A stretch of DNA of 63,481 nucleotides, the filler included, from Sphaerodactylus townsendi (Eukaryota): NCBI RefSeq assembly GCF_021028975.2. It is 4 parts of 4 records of this genome, joined end to end, with 100 filler letters (N's around TTAATTAATTAA, not from the genome) between each part and the next. Parts side by side here need not be neighbours in the genome. Positions count along the whole stretch, not along the records: positions 1 to 17,708 come from NC_059436.1; 3 more parts are not named here. One strand, written 5' to 3'. Shown one piece after another: positions 1-12,931 of the stretch. Both the position numbers and the translations under genes were made by a program. The notes below the pieces were generated by a model. That model had not been told where the DNA came from. It ran no database searches and saw nothing but the letters and a program-made list of their open reading frames with translations. Each line of letters opens with the position of its first letter. Position 1 is the first letter of the stretch.

Positions 1-967
1 GCCCCAGTCAGCATGGCCAATTGGCCATGCTGGCAGGGGCTGATGGGAATTGTAGTTCCTGAACATCTGGAGAGCCGCAGGTTCCCTACCCCTGCTTTAG
101 ACTGACTTAGGATTGCTGTCTCTTCTTGGGCCACATTTAGATGAGAAGTTATTTTGCTCCCAAGTTAGCATTTCATTGCCAAGGTAAACATGAGATATAA
201 CCCTCAGGAATTAAGAACTATGTGGCAAGTCCAATATTGCTAGTCAAACCCTATGGAACATAGATGGTCCTATACTATATGAACTGGACAGGTTGGTGTG
301 ATCACACAATCCTCAAATAAAACTGCCTCTGTTGACATTTATGCATTAGGGGGGTGCATGATAAGAACCTCAGATATCTTCAGAATTCCTCAACAACCAG
401 CCCCAAACTGAAGCCCAATTCCACAAGGATTCCTCCTGTCAATTTAAGCAACTTCTGGGCAATATTTCAAACCATATAAGGCACAGCTGTTTATTTTCAG
501 AGAATCTCAGAGAACATCTTTCCCAAAGGCCCTGCCCATCACCACATGCTCTGTCCTCTGCCAAGTCCAAAGTCTACCACTCTCACAGATAAGGCAGAAG
601 CATTGACCACAATGCAGAGCCAGAGGTTGTTTTGCTCAAACATTTGGGATGCCTGCTGGCCTCTGAAAATGCTGGCTAGTTCTAATTCTACTGTGCAGAA
701 GCCACAATTTAGGGAATTGCAAACATATCCGTGACAAGATGTGGAGAACTTGTTGCTATACAGCATTATAGCTTCCTCTTTCCTTCTTTTATAGCTTTCA
801 GGAAAATTGGGCATTTTCTGTGGCCAGCATAACCTAAAATCAGATTTGGAGAGCAACTTTGTAAAGGACAAGACAAGCCTGCTGGGAGACATAGATAATG
901 TGTGTGTGGGCGGGGGGAGAAGAGAACGAACTGCTCTGTAAGCACACCCCAAGCAACTATACAGTTC

Positions 968-1560
968 AGAGACCTTTATTAGGCATCAGGAGATAAATAC
1001 AGAGATAAACTGTGTGATAGTATAATCCGGGTACAAAGTAAAATGACTGCTCGTATTTCATAAAGTGCAAATTTCAGGGAAATAATAATAATAATTTTTT
1101 TTAAAGGAGACCCAGAGGATTATTTCACAATATTGAGCAGGAATTTGGCCACCATTTCCAATTGCTTGGGATCCTTATTGTTCAAGAGGTGGTTCAATTT
1201 AAAATGAGGGGGCACAGGTAAACCGATATTGGGGCCTTGAAAAACGAACTAGGTTTGAGATCTGTAAATTTTGGGCAGACTAATGAAATGTGCTCCAATG
1301 ACTCCTGAGAGGTTAAGCAATATGCACATGTACGCTTTTGCTGTAAGGATGTCATAAATCTCTCCGAGGAAAAGGTAAGAGGAAATGTATTAGTTCTCGC
1401 TCTGGTGAACAACCACCTCAACTTAGAGTCGAGCAAGATGTTTAAATATGCAGCTTAAATATGCAGCTTAAATATGCAGCTTAAATAAAGATGTTTAAAT
1501 ATGCAGCATTTCTCGGGCATAATACCAAAATGGATGGGGGAAAACAAGCTCCTTGCTTTG
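968..1560 (-). mobile_element. Non-LTR retrotransposon 3' fragment (ORF2 C-terminal CCHC region)
   Basis: FTRARTN...RTCAYC...ESLEHISLVCPK with a 3' ATGCCTAATAAAGG motif. Same family as the copies at 5050 and 45223. Confidence 0.75.
1436..1508. repeat. Local tandem repeat TTAAATATGCAGC
   Basis: Three adjacent units plus a re-duplicated copy inside the LINE remnant. Confidence 0.85.
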
Positions 1561-3200
1561 CTGACTAGAAATTGATGTTCTTGGTCAAATAACCGTTCCT
1601 TGATACGGTAGCATATCTCACTGGAGAGGAGCATAAGGAGCTGGTCCCAAGTGAAACCCAGGGAGGAGATCTTAAGCTTGATGTGGGCCCACCAGGCAGA
1701 TGACTGAAGTTTGGGAAGGGTGCAATGGGGCTGTTAGGATCATTGAAAAAACATAACCGAATCCAGCATTTAAGGGTGATCGCCCCAAGCAACTATCATA
1801 TATGGAGTCAATTTGATGCTTGTATCTTCTGGGAGAAAGGACATCTGAAGCTATATGCCCCACCTATCCCAAATATAACAGTGAAAGTACCACACAAAAA
1901 AAGCCACCATTCTTGAAATATGTCAGCCTGCTAATACTGGCACACAAATGGATTTCAGGTTCTCCAGATGCTGGAAACAGAATAAATGTCCCTAGCCTTT
2001 GTATAACTGAAGTGTTAGAATCAGAGTATCATTACTGTTCTAACAGAAAACTTTATGATTCTTTCAGCAAGCCTTTATTGGCATAGACAACAGTACAACA
2101 ATAATAAAAAACGGATTAAAAAGCATATACAATACAGGAAGAACTTTATGATTGAGTACATGAGTAAGGCAGCAAAATAGGATTATCCACACAAAAGTTA
2201 AGTTTTCAGGACAGTGAAGAACTCGATATTATTTTGTAAATTAAAAAAAATAAACTTCCCAATTAACAGTCTCATGAGGAGGAATGAGCAAGCTCATTGG
2301 CCTTATTTATTTATTTTATATTTATCCGCATACCGATACTTATTTTTTGCCCATCACCGAAGTCCCAGGCCAGGTACAATCATAAAACATCTTAAAAGCA
2401 TCACAAAAACTACTTTAAAATCATTCCCATCTCCCCACCCTAACCCTCCTAAAATACATAATCAACCACCCGCCATAATGCCCCCCAACATGTTTTCAAA
2501 ATTGGGTTGGGGTTGAACCCATAGAGTAATAGCAATATCAACTAAAAGGGGATATGGGGGAGAGGCATCACCCAGGAGCAATCACCTGTATGCTTGGGTC
2601 CAGAAGGTGGTCTTGACCAGGTACCTCAACTCTTGCAGAGTTGGCACCTGATAGACCTCCAGGGGAAGAAGGTTCCAAAGCGCTGGGGCCAGCACAGAGA
2701 AGGCCTTCCAGGCAGCCCCCCGCCCCCCAAATCTCAGAAGGTGATGGAGATGCCAGGAAGGCTTCCTCCTGTCAGAACTTAGGCAGATCTATCTGAGAGG
2801 AGGAGTTCCTTACAACACTAAAAGCAAATGAACCTCAATTAGAGAGAGTAAAGGAAAACAAAGAAATTGGGAAATTTGGTTTGCCCAACCTCTAAGAACT
2901 CACAGTACAAAGGCAGTGGAAATGCCTCAATTGCTTATCCCATCCACAAGCCCTGGCAGGCTCCCAGTTTGTCTTTGGTAGGAGCAGCCGGTATCCCAAT
3001 TTCCTGGGAGTTTGCTTAATCCAGGACAAGAATAGGATCCCTTGTTACAGTCACCATGTTTCACAGTACTCTGACCATCTCCATTCCCAAACAGAACAGG
3101 GCAAACGGCATCTCACACACCCCTCAGAGGACTTTCTTCAACATGGTCTCCAGGGTACCATGAGCCCTTCTCTGCTCAGAAGCCAGAAGGCAAGACTCAC

Positions 3201-3404
3201 CAAAGAGGAATCGGAAGACTCCCAGGCCTGCAGGGTCAGTAGGCCTGTTCAGCAAGCAGACAAAGCGATGCCAGCTGGAAAGATCAGCACTTTCGAAGCC
3301 CAAGAGAGACTTGGTCCAGCTGCGGTGGATTGACCCACCATCCTGGGACTTCTTTTCCCTGCTCGGCTGTTTCTCCCGGGCAAGAGAGTCTGCTGCTTGG
3401 GCCC
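3201..3404 (-). CDS. GGCX: Vitamin K-dependent gamma-glutamyl carboxylase, coding exon 2
   Basis: Translation ...[38 protein letters not shown] matches the recalled human GGCX N-terminus ([37 protein letters not shown]). Acceptor ctttctgttgcag| and donor |GTGAGT; 204 nt, phase 1-1. Exon 3 was not found and probably lies left of the window. Confidence 0.93.
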
Positions 3405-4029
3405 CTGCAACAGAAAGGTGGACAGGATGACAGAGCAGCTTCAGGGGCAAAAACAGGCATCTTGAATGGTGAAGACACTGAGGATGGAAATGGCATGTTT
3501 AGCGTCTCCCAAGACATTCAGAAGGACTACGACTTGCACAAAACTTATGTTTTGGTAGGAATTACTTGAATTTCAAGATGTGGCAAGCTGCCCCCCACCC
3601 CAATCTCTTCACACACGCATTGTGGTGCATCATCTTGCCAAATGGAACAGGAGGCTCCACTTCCTCTCTGCAATGCCCGCGGTTGCCAACTGTGACTGGA
3701 AAACTCCAGGAGATTGCAGTGTGAAGCTTGGAGAGGAAGGGCTTTAGGAAGAGGAGAGAACTGATTTTTTAAAAGTTCACTTTCCAGGACTGCCCTTTCC
3801 TCCGGGGTGGGGGGAGGAATTGATCTCTGTAATCTGCAGATCAGTTACAATTCCAGGAAAAACGCCAGTGCCCCCCCCCCCGGAGGTTGGCAGCCCCAGC
3901 AGACACGAGTTTAACTGGCCATTCAAACGGGGACCTTCTGGATTCACACGCATGCCCCAGCCGTCCTGAACACAGCCCCAAGACAGCAATTCTTCACCCA
4001 GCCTCGCTTTAATTTGTGTAGGCCCTTGG

Positions 4030-4830
4030 AGGGGGGGCGGGGCGGCACTGCCCTGGTGCATGCACGCATACACACACCCCCATGCGCTCCTCCCAGACCG
4101 GTTCGTCTCTGCGCATCCTGACCTGCTGAAGTCGCTCGACCCGGTTCCATCTCTAGGCGGCGGGAAGGCTGCTCGGCCAGGCAAAGGCAAGTCTCTTCCC
4201 CGTGCGTAAAGACGCAGGCCGCCTCCGTGGCTCGCTCCGAAATCCGCTCCCAAAGCTCCGCCCTGAAGCCCGGCCCAGGAATGGCTGCGCCGCCCGTCCC
4301 TCGGTTGGCTCCACATCTGGCTCCGGCTCTGCTGCTCGCTAGATCTTCCCCTTCCCTCGACTCTCTCACGGCTGACAAATCCCGCTCCCTCGACAACGAC
4401 GCGGCCAGAGAGGCGCAAAGCAACAAGCAGGTGGAAGCAGGAAGTTAAAAGGAAGATCATTCTTCCACATCACTGGGAGCTGTTCTGTGCCTCTGGCCTT
4501 GACGTTCTTTGGAATGGCCGAGTTTGGTTGGCTGATTTTTAATCGGTTGTTCATTTGCACAGCGTTCTTGTTTTTATAACTTTATCTTGTTTTATTTGGA
4601 GAGCCACCGAAAGCAGGTCTCTGAAAAGGCGGGGATACGATCTTGGAAAGAGAAAAAGGAAAGGGGTTGAAAAGGAGCTCTGGGACAGTCCAGGGAGAGG
4701 GCGGGGGACAGCTGGAAAAGTTCGGAGGTTCTCTGGGTTGGCTGATGGAAAGCAGAGGCACGTTCGGGAAGCCATTAAAACTCCTTGTGAGGGTTGTGAA
4801 ATGGTGGCAGCAAAAGCAGTTGCCTATGGG
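4030..4830. promoter_or_regulatory. CpG island / GGCX promoter and 5'UTR
   Basis: High CpG density around the GGCX start, with GC-box and ETS-like GGAA motifs. Confidence 0.7.
4123..4150 (-). CDS. GGCX: GGCX coding exon 1 (MEPGRATSAG)
   Basis: ATG (gagATGG) within a CpG-rich region, 28 coding nt, then donor G|GTCAGG. Phase 1 joins exon 2 in frame (G|GG = Gly). Confidence 0.75.
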
Positions 4831-5049
4831 CCTTTGCACTAGCGTAAAGACTTTCCCACTGTGTTACCCATACAAAGTCCCGGTTCATCACAGTTAAGTC
4901 AAGCTTAAGAAAGGAAGACTGGTGGGCTAAATTAAATCGAAGCTCTCAGGCTCCTTTTAAAAATTAGGCTGGTGAGGCCAAAAGCTTCTCTGTGCAACTT
5001 CGCTGGTTGTTTGTTTGAACTGTACTACAACTCATGTGAAGAACCTACA

Positions 5050-5956
5050 ACAACACAAGCCTTTATTGGCATATAAAACAGGACAAAATTTTAAAACAAA
5101 ACAAGGTTAAGAAATAGTTAAAATTGCTAAAATTACTAATTTCCAGTATAACATTTGCAACAGTTTCACAAAAGAGCACATCAGAGCTGTTCAGGAGATT
5201 GGGTATCTTATAACACTCATGCCACTGAGAACATTGCAAGAAAATGGAATTCATGTATTTCATGCGTATCTTATTGTATTTAGGGCATAGAAACAAAGAA
5301 TGGTCAAGTGTTTCAACCATAGTCCTATCACATGAACAAACTCTTTTAGAACGTTCCATATTCTTTAATCTTCCCTCCAGCAGAGCTGATGGCAGCACAT
5401 CTTGCAGTAGCCAAGGCTCTCCTCTGGGTGGGATTAATCAGCAGACGACGATATGCTGCCATAATTCCACGCTCGCATGGGATTAATAATGTAGTCAGAG
5501 AACAGGTTGTCTTGGCAGCACGAGTCAAATTATGAAAATCAAGATCCAAGAGCCTATTCTTAACTAGTCTGAAGGCTTCCACCTTTGTGAGCATAAGGAG
5601 TGATTCCAAGGGGAAACCAATAGCTTCAACCTTTCTAAAGATCAAAGTATACCATTCTGAAATAAAGTGATCTGGTAACAGAAAGGGAATATAGCTATTG
5701 GATCCCACTAGAAAATGTATATACAGCCAATATTTTATGGCCCTTATCCATGCCAAGGTTTCTAGAGTTGTTTGGCCCATCTCAATGCACAACGCAGCAT
5801 AAGGCACACATCTAGGGAGCCCCATTAGTTTCCGAAGGAATTTGGAATGTAATAAATTAAATGATTTATTTATTGCCGAAATCCAAATGGGGGAACCGTA
5901 CAGTAGCAAGGAGCCAATCCTAGCCTCAAAAACCTTCAAAGCCGCAAAGGTTTTTG
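5050..5956 (-). mobile_element. 5'-truncated LINE with 16-bp TSD
   Basis: LLYGSPIW...FLRKLMGLPRCVP...RVCSC...ETLDHSLFLCPKY; 3' ATGCCAATAAAGG followed by a TTG-rich tail. TSD ATGTGAAGAACCTACA at 5034-5049 and 5957-5972. Confidence 0.88.
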
Positions 5957-8379
5957 ATGTGAAGAACCTACATATGATTTGCCCATAACATCGCTGGCAT
6001 ACACAGTAAGCCCACACAGCATAGGTTGCAACATGCAGAAGCCACCTTGTGTGGCCGGTTAACAGGACTTTATGGCCATCATGGGTCTAATCCATCCAGG
6101 TTCCTTTGGGGACAACACATTACCATTCATTTCATAAACTAAGCAGTTTTCTGGTGATCTGCAAACTGGAAGTGAAAGTTTACCTAGAGAAACAGGGAGG
6201 CTGTTCAGTGACACTGGGCAAAGTCAGTAGCTGCATGCATTGCTGCATTCTAAAGTGACAGTTATGTGTCTTTCCTGTCCTTCCATGTATACATGTGCAT
6301 GCCATTAAGGGCCATGGGGGGGACTGATGCTTGCCAGCCATGCTGTGTCCCATGGTTCCTTGAGGGGCAGCTCTCTGCCAGTCTAGAGTGTCTTATCTCA
6401 TGCAGTGTCAGAGCACTGTCAAACTGGTGTCTGATCTGCAAAATCTAGTTGACAGTTGTCAGATGACTCATCCTCATTCTGGGCTTAATTGAAACTGCAA
6501 TATGATTGGACAGAGAAAAGTATATAAGTCTGAACTGTATTTGCCTCTGTGACTTCGGTCTCCGCACTGCCTGGCGGAGCACTTTGTCTGTGAGAACAAC
6601 ATTGTGAACAATAAAAGTAGCATTGCTTCTGTGAAACTGAGCTGCTATGTGCGTCTGAGTTCCTACTGCGTTCCGGTGTGTGTTGTGCAATTCTGCTACT
6701 TGGGGATATTCCCCATACTTCACATGCAGTGCCCTCTGCTGGTGTCTGATCTTCTCCAAATAAGGTCCGTGCGGTCTGAGTTCTGTTCCCAACAGTTGAA
6801 TGGTATGTTTTGTCAGGCATGCTACCAGACTGTACTACCCAGATTCATATCTTCTTTTCTGAATGGAAGAAGTAAGTACAGGCAGCAGCTGTTAACCATC
6901 CAATTCTCTAGTGATGGAAACACTGGCCATGCTGACAGCTGGACTGGAACAAAAGTCTAACTCTACTGGCAAACCAAAGGCTTCCAGGTAGCCCACAAGA
7001 TGGTCAGAAAGAAAAAAAAGCCATCCCCTCCTTCCCAGGACATGGCCTTTGTAGGAATACCGCCTGGAATGCCAAAGTTTTATTTACCCATCCTGGGTCA
7101 TAACTATTGGTGAACCAATCCTCCATTGACTAATCTAATCTCCTCTTAAGGCCTGGTGAGGCTTTAGAATGCTGGGGTGGAAGAGTAAACACCATTGTTT
7201 GGGTCTGCAGCTAAAGAATGATAGAGGAACACTTTTCAGAAAAACTAGATTAAAACCTCTGCAGTCTCAAAACGAGCACAAGAAGCAAAGAGAAGGGGTC
7301 GAATGTTCTAGTTTTCTATTTGCACAGAGTTTTTAATGTGAAGGAACAAGTCTGAATGCAACATCATTCTCTTGCATATGAGAACCCAGCCTAAGCAAGT
7401 GGCAATCACTACATCCTAGCAGATCACGATACCTTTCCTTGACACCCAGCATAGGGCACTGGTGAAAGTGCTGGGCACCCAAGTTCAGATTGCCGCTCTG
7501 CCATGAAGCATAAATAAATTCAGTTTAAGGAGAATGGTCCTACATCCTGATAAAGTGCTTTGGGTTACAACCAGATAACAAAAACAAGGCAGGTATTTGT
7601 GCTTAACTGGGCATTTGCTCAACATTTGTGGTGCCCTGTGCCCAACTACCAACGGAAAACACGTGACTATGTCTGCTTACAAACCATGCCTGACACCTTT
7701 AGCATCTAGTTTGCATAGGCAATCCTATAGCAGTCACCTGAGATATAAGCAGCTGGCTCTGTCCAGAGAGGAAGCCTTGCCCAATTATTGGCACCCCAGA
7801 TCTGGAGATACCAGGAACTGAACTCACGATCTTCCTCATGCTCTGTGTTGAGCAATAGTTCCTCCTCAGTTGTAGCGTGCTGCTGTGCAATTGGACAGGC
7901 TTCCTTGCTGTGCAATTGGACACTGGGAGAAGAGTTGCTGGGCCAGTTGAGGTTAAAGGTGCTCCACAGAAGGATGTACTTGTGAGTGAGAAGGTAGATT
8001 GGAAGGAGATATTGGAATGCAGTTGCTGGAGGGAGGGAGCCCGGGGCAGATCCGAGAAGAGCCCAGAGGGAACCTGGGACAGGTTTTTAGTGGAGAAACT
8101 GCCCCAACATCATTCACTCTTTGTAGGCAACTGCCCTTTGGCCCCTTCCGCACATGCAGCATAATGCTCTTTCAATCCATTTTCAATGCACTTTGCTGCT
8201 GGATTTCACTGTGCGGAAGAGCAAAATCCACTTGGAAACAATTATGAAAGTGGATTGAAAGTGCCTCATTCTTGCTTGTGGGGAAGGGGGTCTTTGCTGG
8301 TCGCTTCAGCTTCCCAGTCGCTTGTCCAGCTCTGAGGCTTGTTAGGAGAACTTCCTGTCCTGGATTGCCTGCCAGGGCT

Positions 8380-9110
8380 CTTTGCTCCGGATCCCCGGGT
8401 GCGGCGTATGATCGCCTTCTTCTGCGCAAAGAGTTTACGAGGGCTGGGTTGCTCGGGCTGCTCCGTGCAGCAGATGACGCCTCGTCGAGGAAGTTCGGTG
8501 GAGCGACCCCCCCCCCCCCATGTAAGGAGGCGCCCCAGAGAAGAGGGGCGTTGCCGGGCCCTCCGCTTGAAACCCAAGAGGGCTCTTTAAGAGGAAGCGG
8601 GGCGGAGGCGGCCGGGCCCGCCCCGGGCCACCTGAGGGGACGAGGAGGAAGCAGGAAGTCTCGGAAGAGTTTGCAAAGTTTCCAGGAGCGACTGCCGGAG
8701 GCGAGCCAGCAGGAGACGGCCGCATGGTAAGACCGCTTAAGGACAGGGGCGCTGAGCTGACCCGGGGGACTGGGGGGATGTTCCCTGACGCCCCTCTGCG
8801 TGCCACCTGGCCGCAAATGTGGCGCAAAAAGAAGCGTCTTCTCCCCTCCCCCGGGTCCGGTTGAATTCCCCGGTATCCCCAGCCGGGCGGCTCCTGGGTG
8901 GTGCCAAGATCGGAGCATCGCCTCCTGTGCTGGAGCCGGAGCCACCCCCCCGGGAGCTTGGAGGAACCCGACTCTTTCTTCTCTGGCTCTGAGCTCTCCC
9001 GGTAGTGGGGAGGAGGCCGAGGGGCTTTGCTTTGTGGTGCTGCTCCCTCCCTCTGCCCGCCAGTTTTGCGCCGGGATCCAAAGGGGAAGGATTGAATTCG
9101 GGCCTTTGGT
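8380..9110 (+). promoter_or_regulatory. CpG-island promoter divergent from GGCX
   Basis: Very CpG-rich, with Sp1 GC boxes (GGGGCGGAG 8599-8607, CCCGCCCC) and several GGAAG motifs upstream of an ATG|GT exon end. Confidence 0.75.
8640..8726 (+). CDS. First exon coding only the start codon (ATG|GTAAGA); probably VAMP8 by synteny with GGCX
   Basis: ATG 8724-8726 is followed directly by the strong donor GTAAGA. In mammals VAMP8 lies head-to-head with GGCX and, as recalled, has an ATG-only first exon. No SNARE exon was found before the contig ends at 17708; the exon start is approximate. Confidence 0.45.
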
Positions 9111-10164
9111 GCTGTGAAGTTTGGCAATACTTCGTAGTTACTGGAGGTGCTGAAACCCTTTTCTTGGGGGAGTCTTTTTGAGACCACTGTCATCTTTTGT
9201 CTTAAATGAAACCTGGGACTCTGGAAATTCTTGATGTGCCTTCAGAGCCGATGTGGATGGAAGACAGGCTAACTAGAACTTAGAAGTTTCCCCCAGTGTG
9301 TAAAGTTTGCTTTGTTTAGAACGCCTGAACTCAGCGCCAAAGGAAGCTGAAGTTGTTTGTGGCGAGAACCTGAATTCTGTGGCCTGCAGAAGTTTTATGC
9401 AAATGAAGCACACTTTATCAAAGAAGAAGCCAGGGGTTGTATATTCTCATTCCTTTGTACTCGGGCTTGTGAGATTCTCTGCAGCTTGAATGCCTGCTTT
9501 TGAAGCTGGGCTTTGCAACTAAAAGGCTAGAAACTGTAAAGAGGTTAGAGTGGAAATTCATAAGCAGGTGCAAGTTGTATTTAGGACAGCCATCTGGTCA
9601 GTGTGGTGTAATGATTGAAGTGTCAGACAAGAGTCTAGAAGACTTCAGTTTGAATCCCTGCTCTGCCATGCAAACTTTCAACATGCCTTGGGGCAGTCAG
9701 ATGGTATCAGCCTAACCTATCTCCTAGGATTGTTTTCAGGATAAAATGAAGAAAGGGAGAATGTCGCAAACTGGTTTGGCTCCACATTGGGGAGAAAAGT
9801 TAGATATAAATAAAAATCTGATCAAGTTTATGGCCTTGGCTGAAAAAATCCAAGACTTTGGTGTGTCTTGGTTACAGTTATATAGGTGCTCATTCTTGGA
9901 TGATTGGCCCCTTCTGCACACGCAAAATAATGCATTTTCAAACCACTTTCACAACTGTTTGCAAGTGGATTTTGCTATTCCGCACAGCTTTAAAGAGCAC
10001 TGAAAGCAGTTTGAAAGTGCATTATTATGCATGTGCGGAATGAGCCATTGTTTCTTACAGATCAGTTCCCTTCCCTTAGTCGGGGCATGCTGCGCTGTAT
10101 AGCCTGATCTCTTCATGATTTTGGCTGGAATCTAACGAAATAGCTGTGAGGGAAGCAAGGTATT

Positions 10165-10425
10165 AAAAATCAATAAATCCTGTGTAAGATGACCAAAAAA
10201 GGTTAACTCCCTCACTGCTCTGATCCAGAATCACTGGCTCTTTCTTGTATCTCAAGTTTGTCTTGAGCCACTACTTTCTGTCTCCTGCTCTCTCCGCTTC
10301 AATAAATCCTGTGGAAGATGACCTCAAAGTGTAACTCTCTCACTACCCTGAACCACTCACTGGCTCTTTCGTGTGTCTTAAACTTGTCATCTTGACTCAC
10401 CACTTTCTGTCTCCTGCCCTCTCTG
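10165..10425. repeat. Diverged ~130-bp tandem duplication
   Basis: CAATAAATCCTGTG(T/G)AAGATGACC...TCACTGGCTCTTTC...ACTTTCTGTCTCCTGC occurs twice. Confidence 0.75.
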
Positions 10426-10994
10426 ATTCACTAAAACTAACCTTGCAAAAACCACTGCCTTTCCCCAAGCAGGCAATTCCAAATCTGTCCACATTTCTCT
10501 CCATCTCTCTCTGACCGCTCTCCTGCATGAATCTTTCACACCTGAAGTTTCTTCTAACTCTGTCCTCCATGGTGATGGATGAATTCCCCATTTGGGAATC
10601 AGGGTCAAGCACATAGAACTTTCCGCTTATAAACTGGCGAACAGGGCTGGTTATCCCATGTCCAGTTTGAAGTGTTCGTAGCCCCAGAATGCTCCTGATT
10701 ATTCCATGAGAGTGCCTTGGGGTTCTGAATGCCCCAACACCCCTCCTCAATTTACCTGTGGCTGCAGGGGCAGGAAGAATCAGATGTAGCCAACTGGGAG
10801 GGAAAATTCTCCCTCCTTCTCTTCAGGTCATTCCCACCCGGGATCTTTGACTGTGTGGCTTTCATGGTGCCCAGTGTACTCTGGAAAATATCAAGCATCC
10901 TGGAAACTACATGAGATTTGGACACATTTCAAGAATGTACTGGGTGACAAATATGTTGGTTACCTGCAACACTGAGGCATGGAAGGAAAAAGAG

Positions 10995-11285
10995 AAGCAG
11001 AAGAAGAGTTGGATTTATATCCCCCCTTTCTCTCCTATAAGGCGACTAAAAGGGGCTTACAAACTCCTATCCCTTCCCCCCTCACAACAAACACCCTGTG
11101 AGGTAGGTGGGACTGAGAGAGCTCCAAAGAACTGTGACTAGCCCAAGGTCACCCAGCTGGCATGTGTTGGAGTGCATAAAATAATCTGGTTCCCCAGATA
11201 AGCCTCCACAGCTCAAGTGGCAGAGTGGGGAATCAAACCCCAGATTCTCCAGATTAGAATGCACCTGCTCTTAACCACTATACGA
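10995..11285 (-). mobile_element. tRNA-derived CORE-type squamate SINE, Squam3-like (other copies ~9595-9815, 17040-17295, 34655-34870, 38800-39025, 39757-40035, 44680-44970, 46329-46565, 58840-59145)
   Basis: A box GTAGTGGTTAAGAG, B box GGTTTGATTCCC, core GGTGACCTTGGGCTAGTCAC, L2-like tail and (CTT)n end. Confidence 0.85.
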
Positions 11286-12931
11286 CCCTCCCCCCTCAAG
11301 GATGGCTCACCTTTGTGTGCCTCTGCATTAAAAGGTAAGCTGGAGCAGGGACGAGGAATGCTTCCCTGACTCAGGTAGCATTTGAGGTCTGCCATGCTCC
11401 CCCATGTAGGAAGTGAGAGTTACAAGTTGCCAGAACTAGTGCTGTGAGCCAAAGGAGTATGAATGTCAGCATGGCTGACTTTGCCAATGTGTCCTGGACC
11501 TTCTGGTATTCTCCGTCTGTATACTAGCCATTGATAATCCGAGGACTTTTGGTGCCATGCATACCAGATGATGCATGGCTCTGCCTCTGAGCTTTTCTCC
11601 ATACAGCCTGATATTTTCAGCTGTCCATCTACTTGAATGTTTCACTACCATCTCACACTCTGTATATTAAAAACTGGATCCCCCCCCTCGTATATGATAC
11701 ATATCCATGGACAATATTGCCACCCACATTGTGGCAGACACGAATGCTTGTCTTTTGTGAGGTCTTCTCTCACCCCTTTTCTTCCTACATAAAAATGCCA
11801 TTGCCAAGCTGTGCTGCATCATCATCCTTATAAACATAGCAAAAATACAGCCCCTCCCCTGCTCTTAGTATAAATTTGTATTGCTTTCATTTTCTCTGGC
11901 CTCAGTCCTCTCACGTCAGTCTCTAGAACTTTGCCTCCAAAACAATCTTCCTCACTTGTCACTCTGACCACGTGATGCACCTCCTTGAATCGCTGTGCCT
12001 GCTTCTGTTCCTGATTCCAGCACAAACAACTCCTTATCTTCAAAGCTGGCATGCCCTTGTCCCTCCCCTTCTTATCTCTCCACTCTTGCAGCCTGATACA
12101 TCCGGCCCTGTGGCTGCTCTCCTTAGCCATCCAAAGGTCTCCTGATCCCATCAACAACTCTGCCTTTTCTACCCCTAATACTTGGAACTGTCTCTTGACA
12201 TACCTGTGTCATGCTCCCATTCTCCCCTTCCTTCAGAAACAGACTTCTGACACAACTTCTTATACCCTAAAACAGGGATGTTCAATTCTGGTGCTTCAGA
12301 TATTCATGGATTACGATTGCCATCAGCCCCGCTGGCATGGGGTGTTGAGGTGGAGTGTTGGGGCATTCAGAATCCCAATTGGCCATGCCAGCAATGAGAA
12401 GTCCTTGATGTAGGGCTAGGCCATGAACATCTGAAATGCCAGAGTTGGTCGTCCCTGTCCTAAACTAAGCCCAATAGAAGCAAATGCAGTTTGATCTTCA
12501 CTTCTCTCCTACCCCTTCCCTCATTTCAAACGTTGTCTTTCAGGATCCCTAGAGCACTGGAATGTGTTGTCTCTTTCTCTGGGATTACTTCTGGGACTGT
12601 ATTGATAGTGTCCTCCCAGCTTTCTAGTGAGTGGCATCTCCCATACAGACTCTGAGACTCCTGTGATAGAAGAGCCTGCACACCACATTCTGTTCCACAG
12701 ACTTGATGGGTTTCCGAAGCAATTGCTCATTATCCAGAGACAGATGGCATAGCAGTAAAATTGGTGCTTGTCTATGGTGGTGTAAAAGGTCCATCATCCA
12801 AAAGGACAGAGATTGGTGCGAGCAGAAAAATGACTTTGGAGAATCTGAAAACTAACTTGAGCTTGGACTATATTTGTGTGTGCTAGAAAAATTTCCCATT
12901 GAGGAACACATGTGGGGGAAAACTCCTAGTA

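Noticed and set aside
6445-6960. Three overlapping ORFs of 110-120 aa between GGCX and the second CpG island
   Set aside because: No family similarity recognised and no consistent splice boundaries.
8570-8595. AAACCCAAGAGGGCTCTTTAAGAGG, resembling a histone stem-loop
   Set aside because: The stem cannot close (no CC), and there is no ACCCA, HDE or histone ORF.
8172-9193. Long ORFs (257, 252 and 227 aa) in the CpG islands at 8.2-9.2 kb and 3.8-4.5 kb
   Set aside because: Stop-codon depletion in GC-rich DNA; no recognisable domains.
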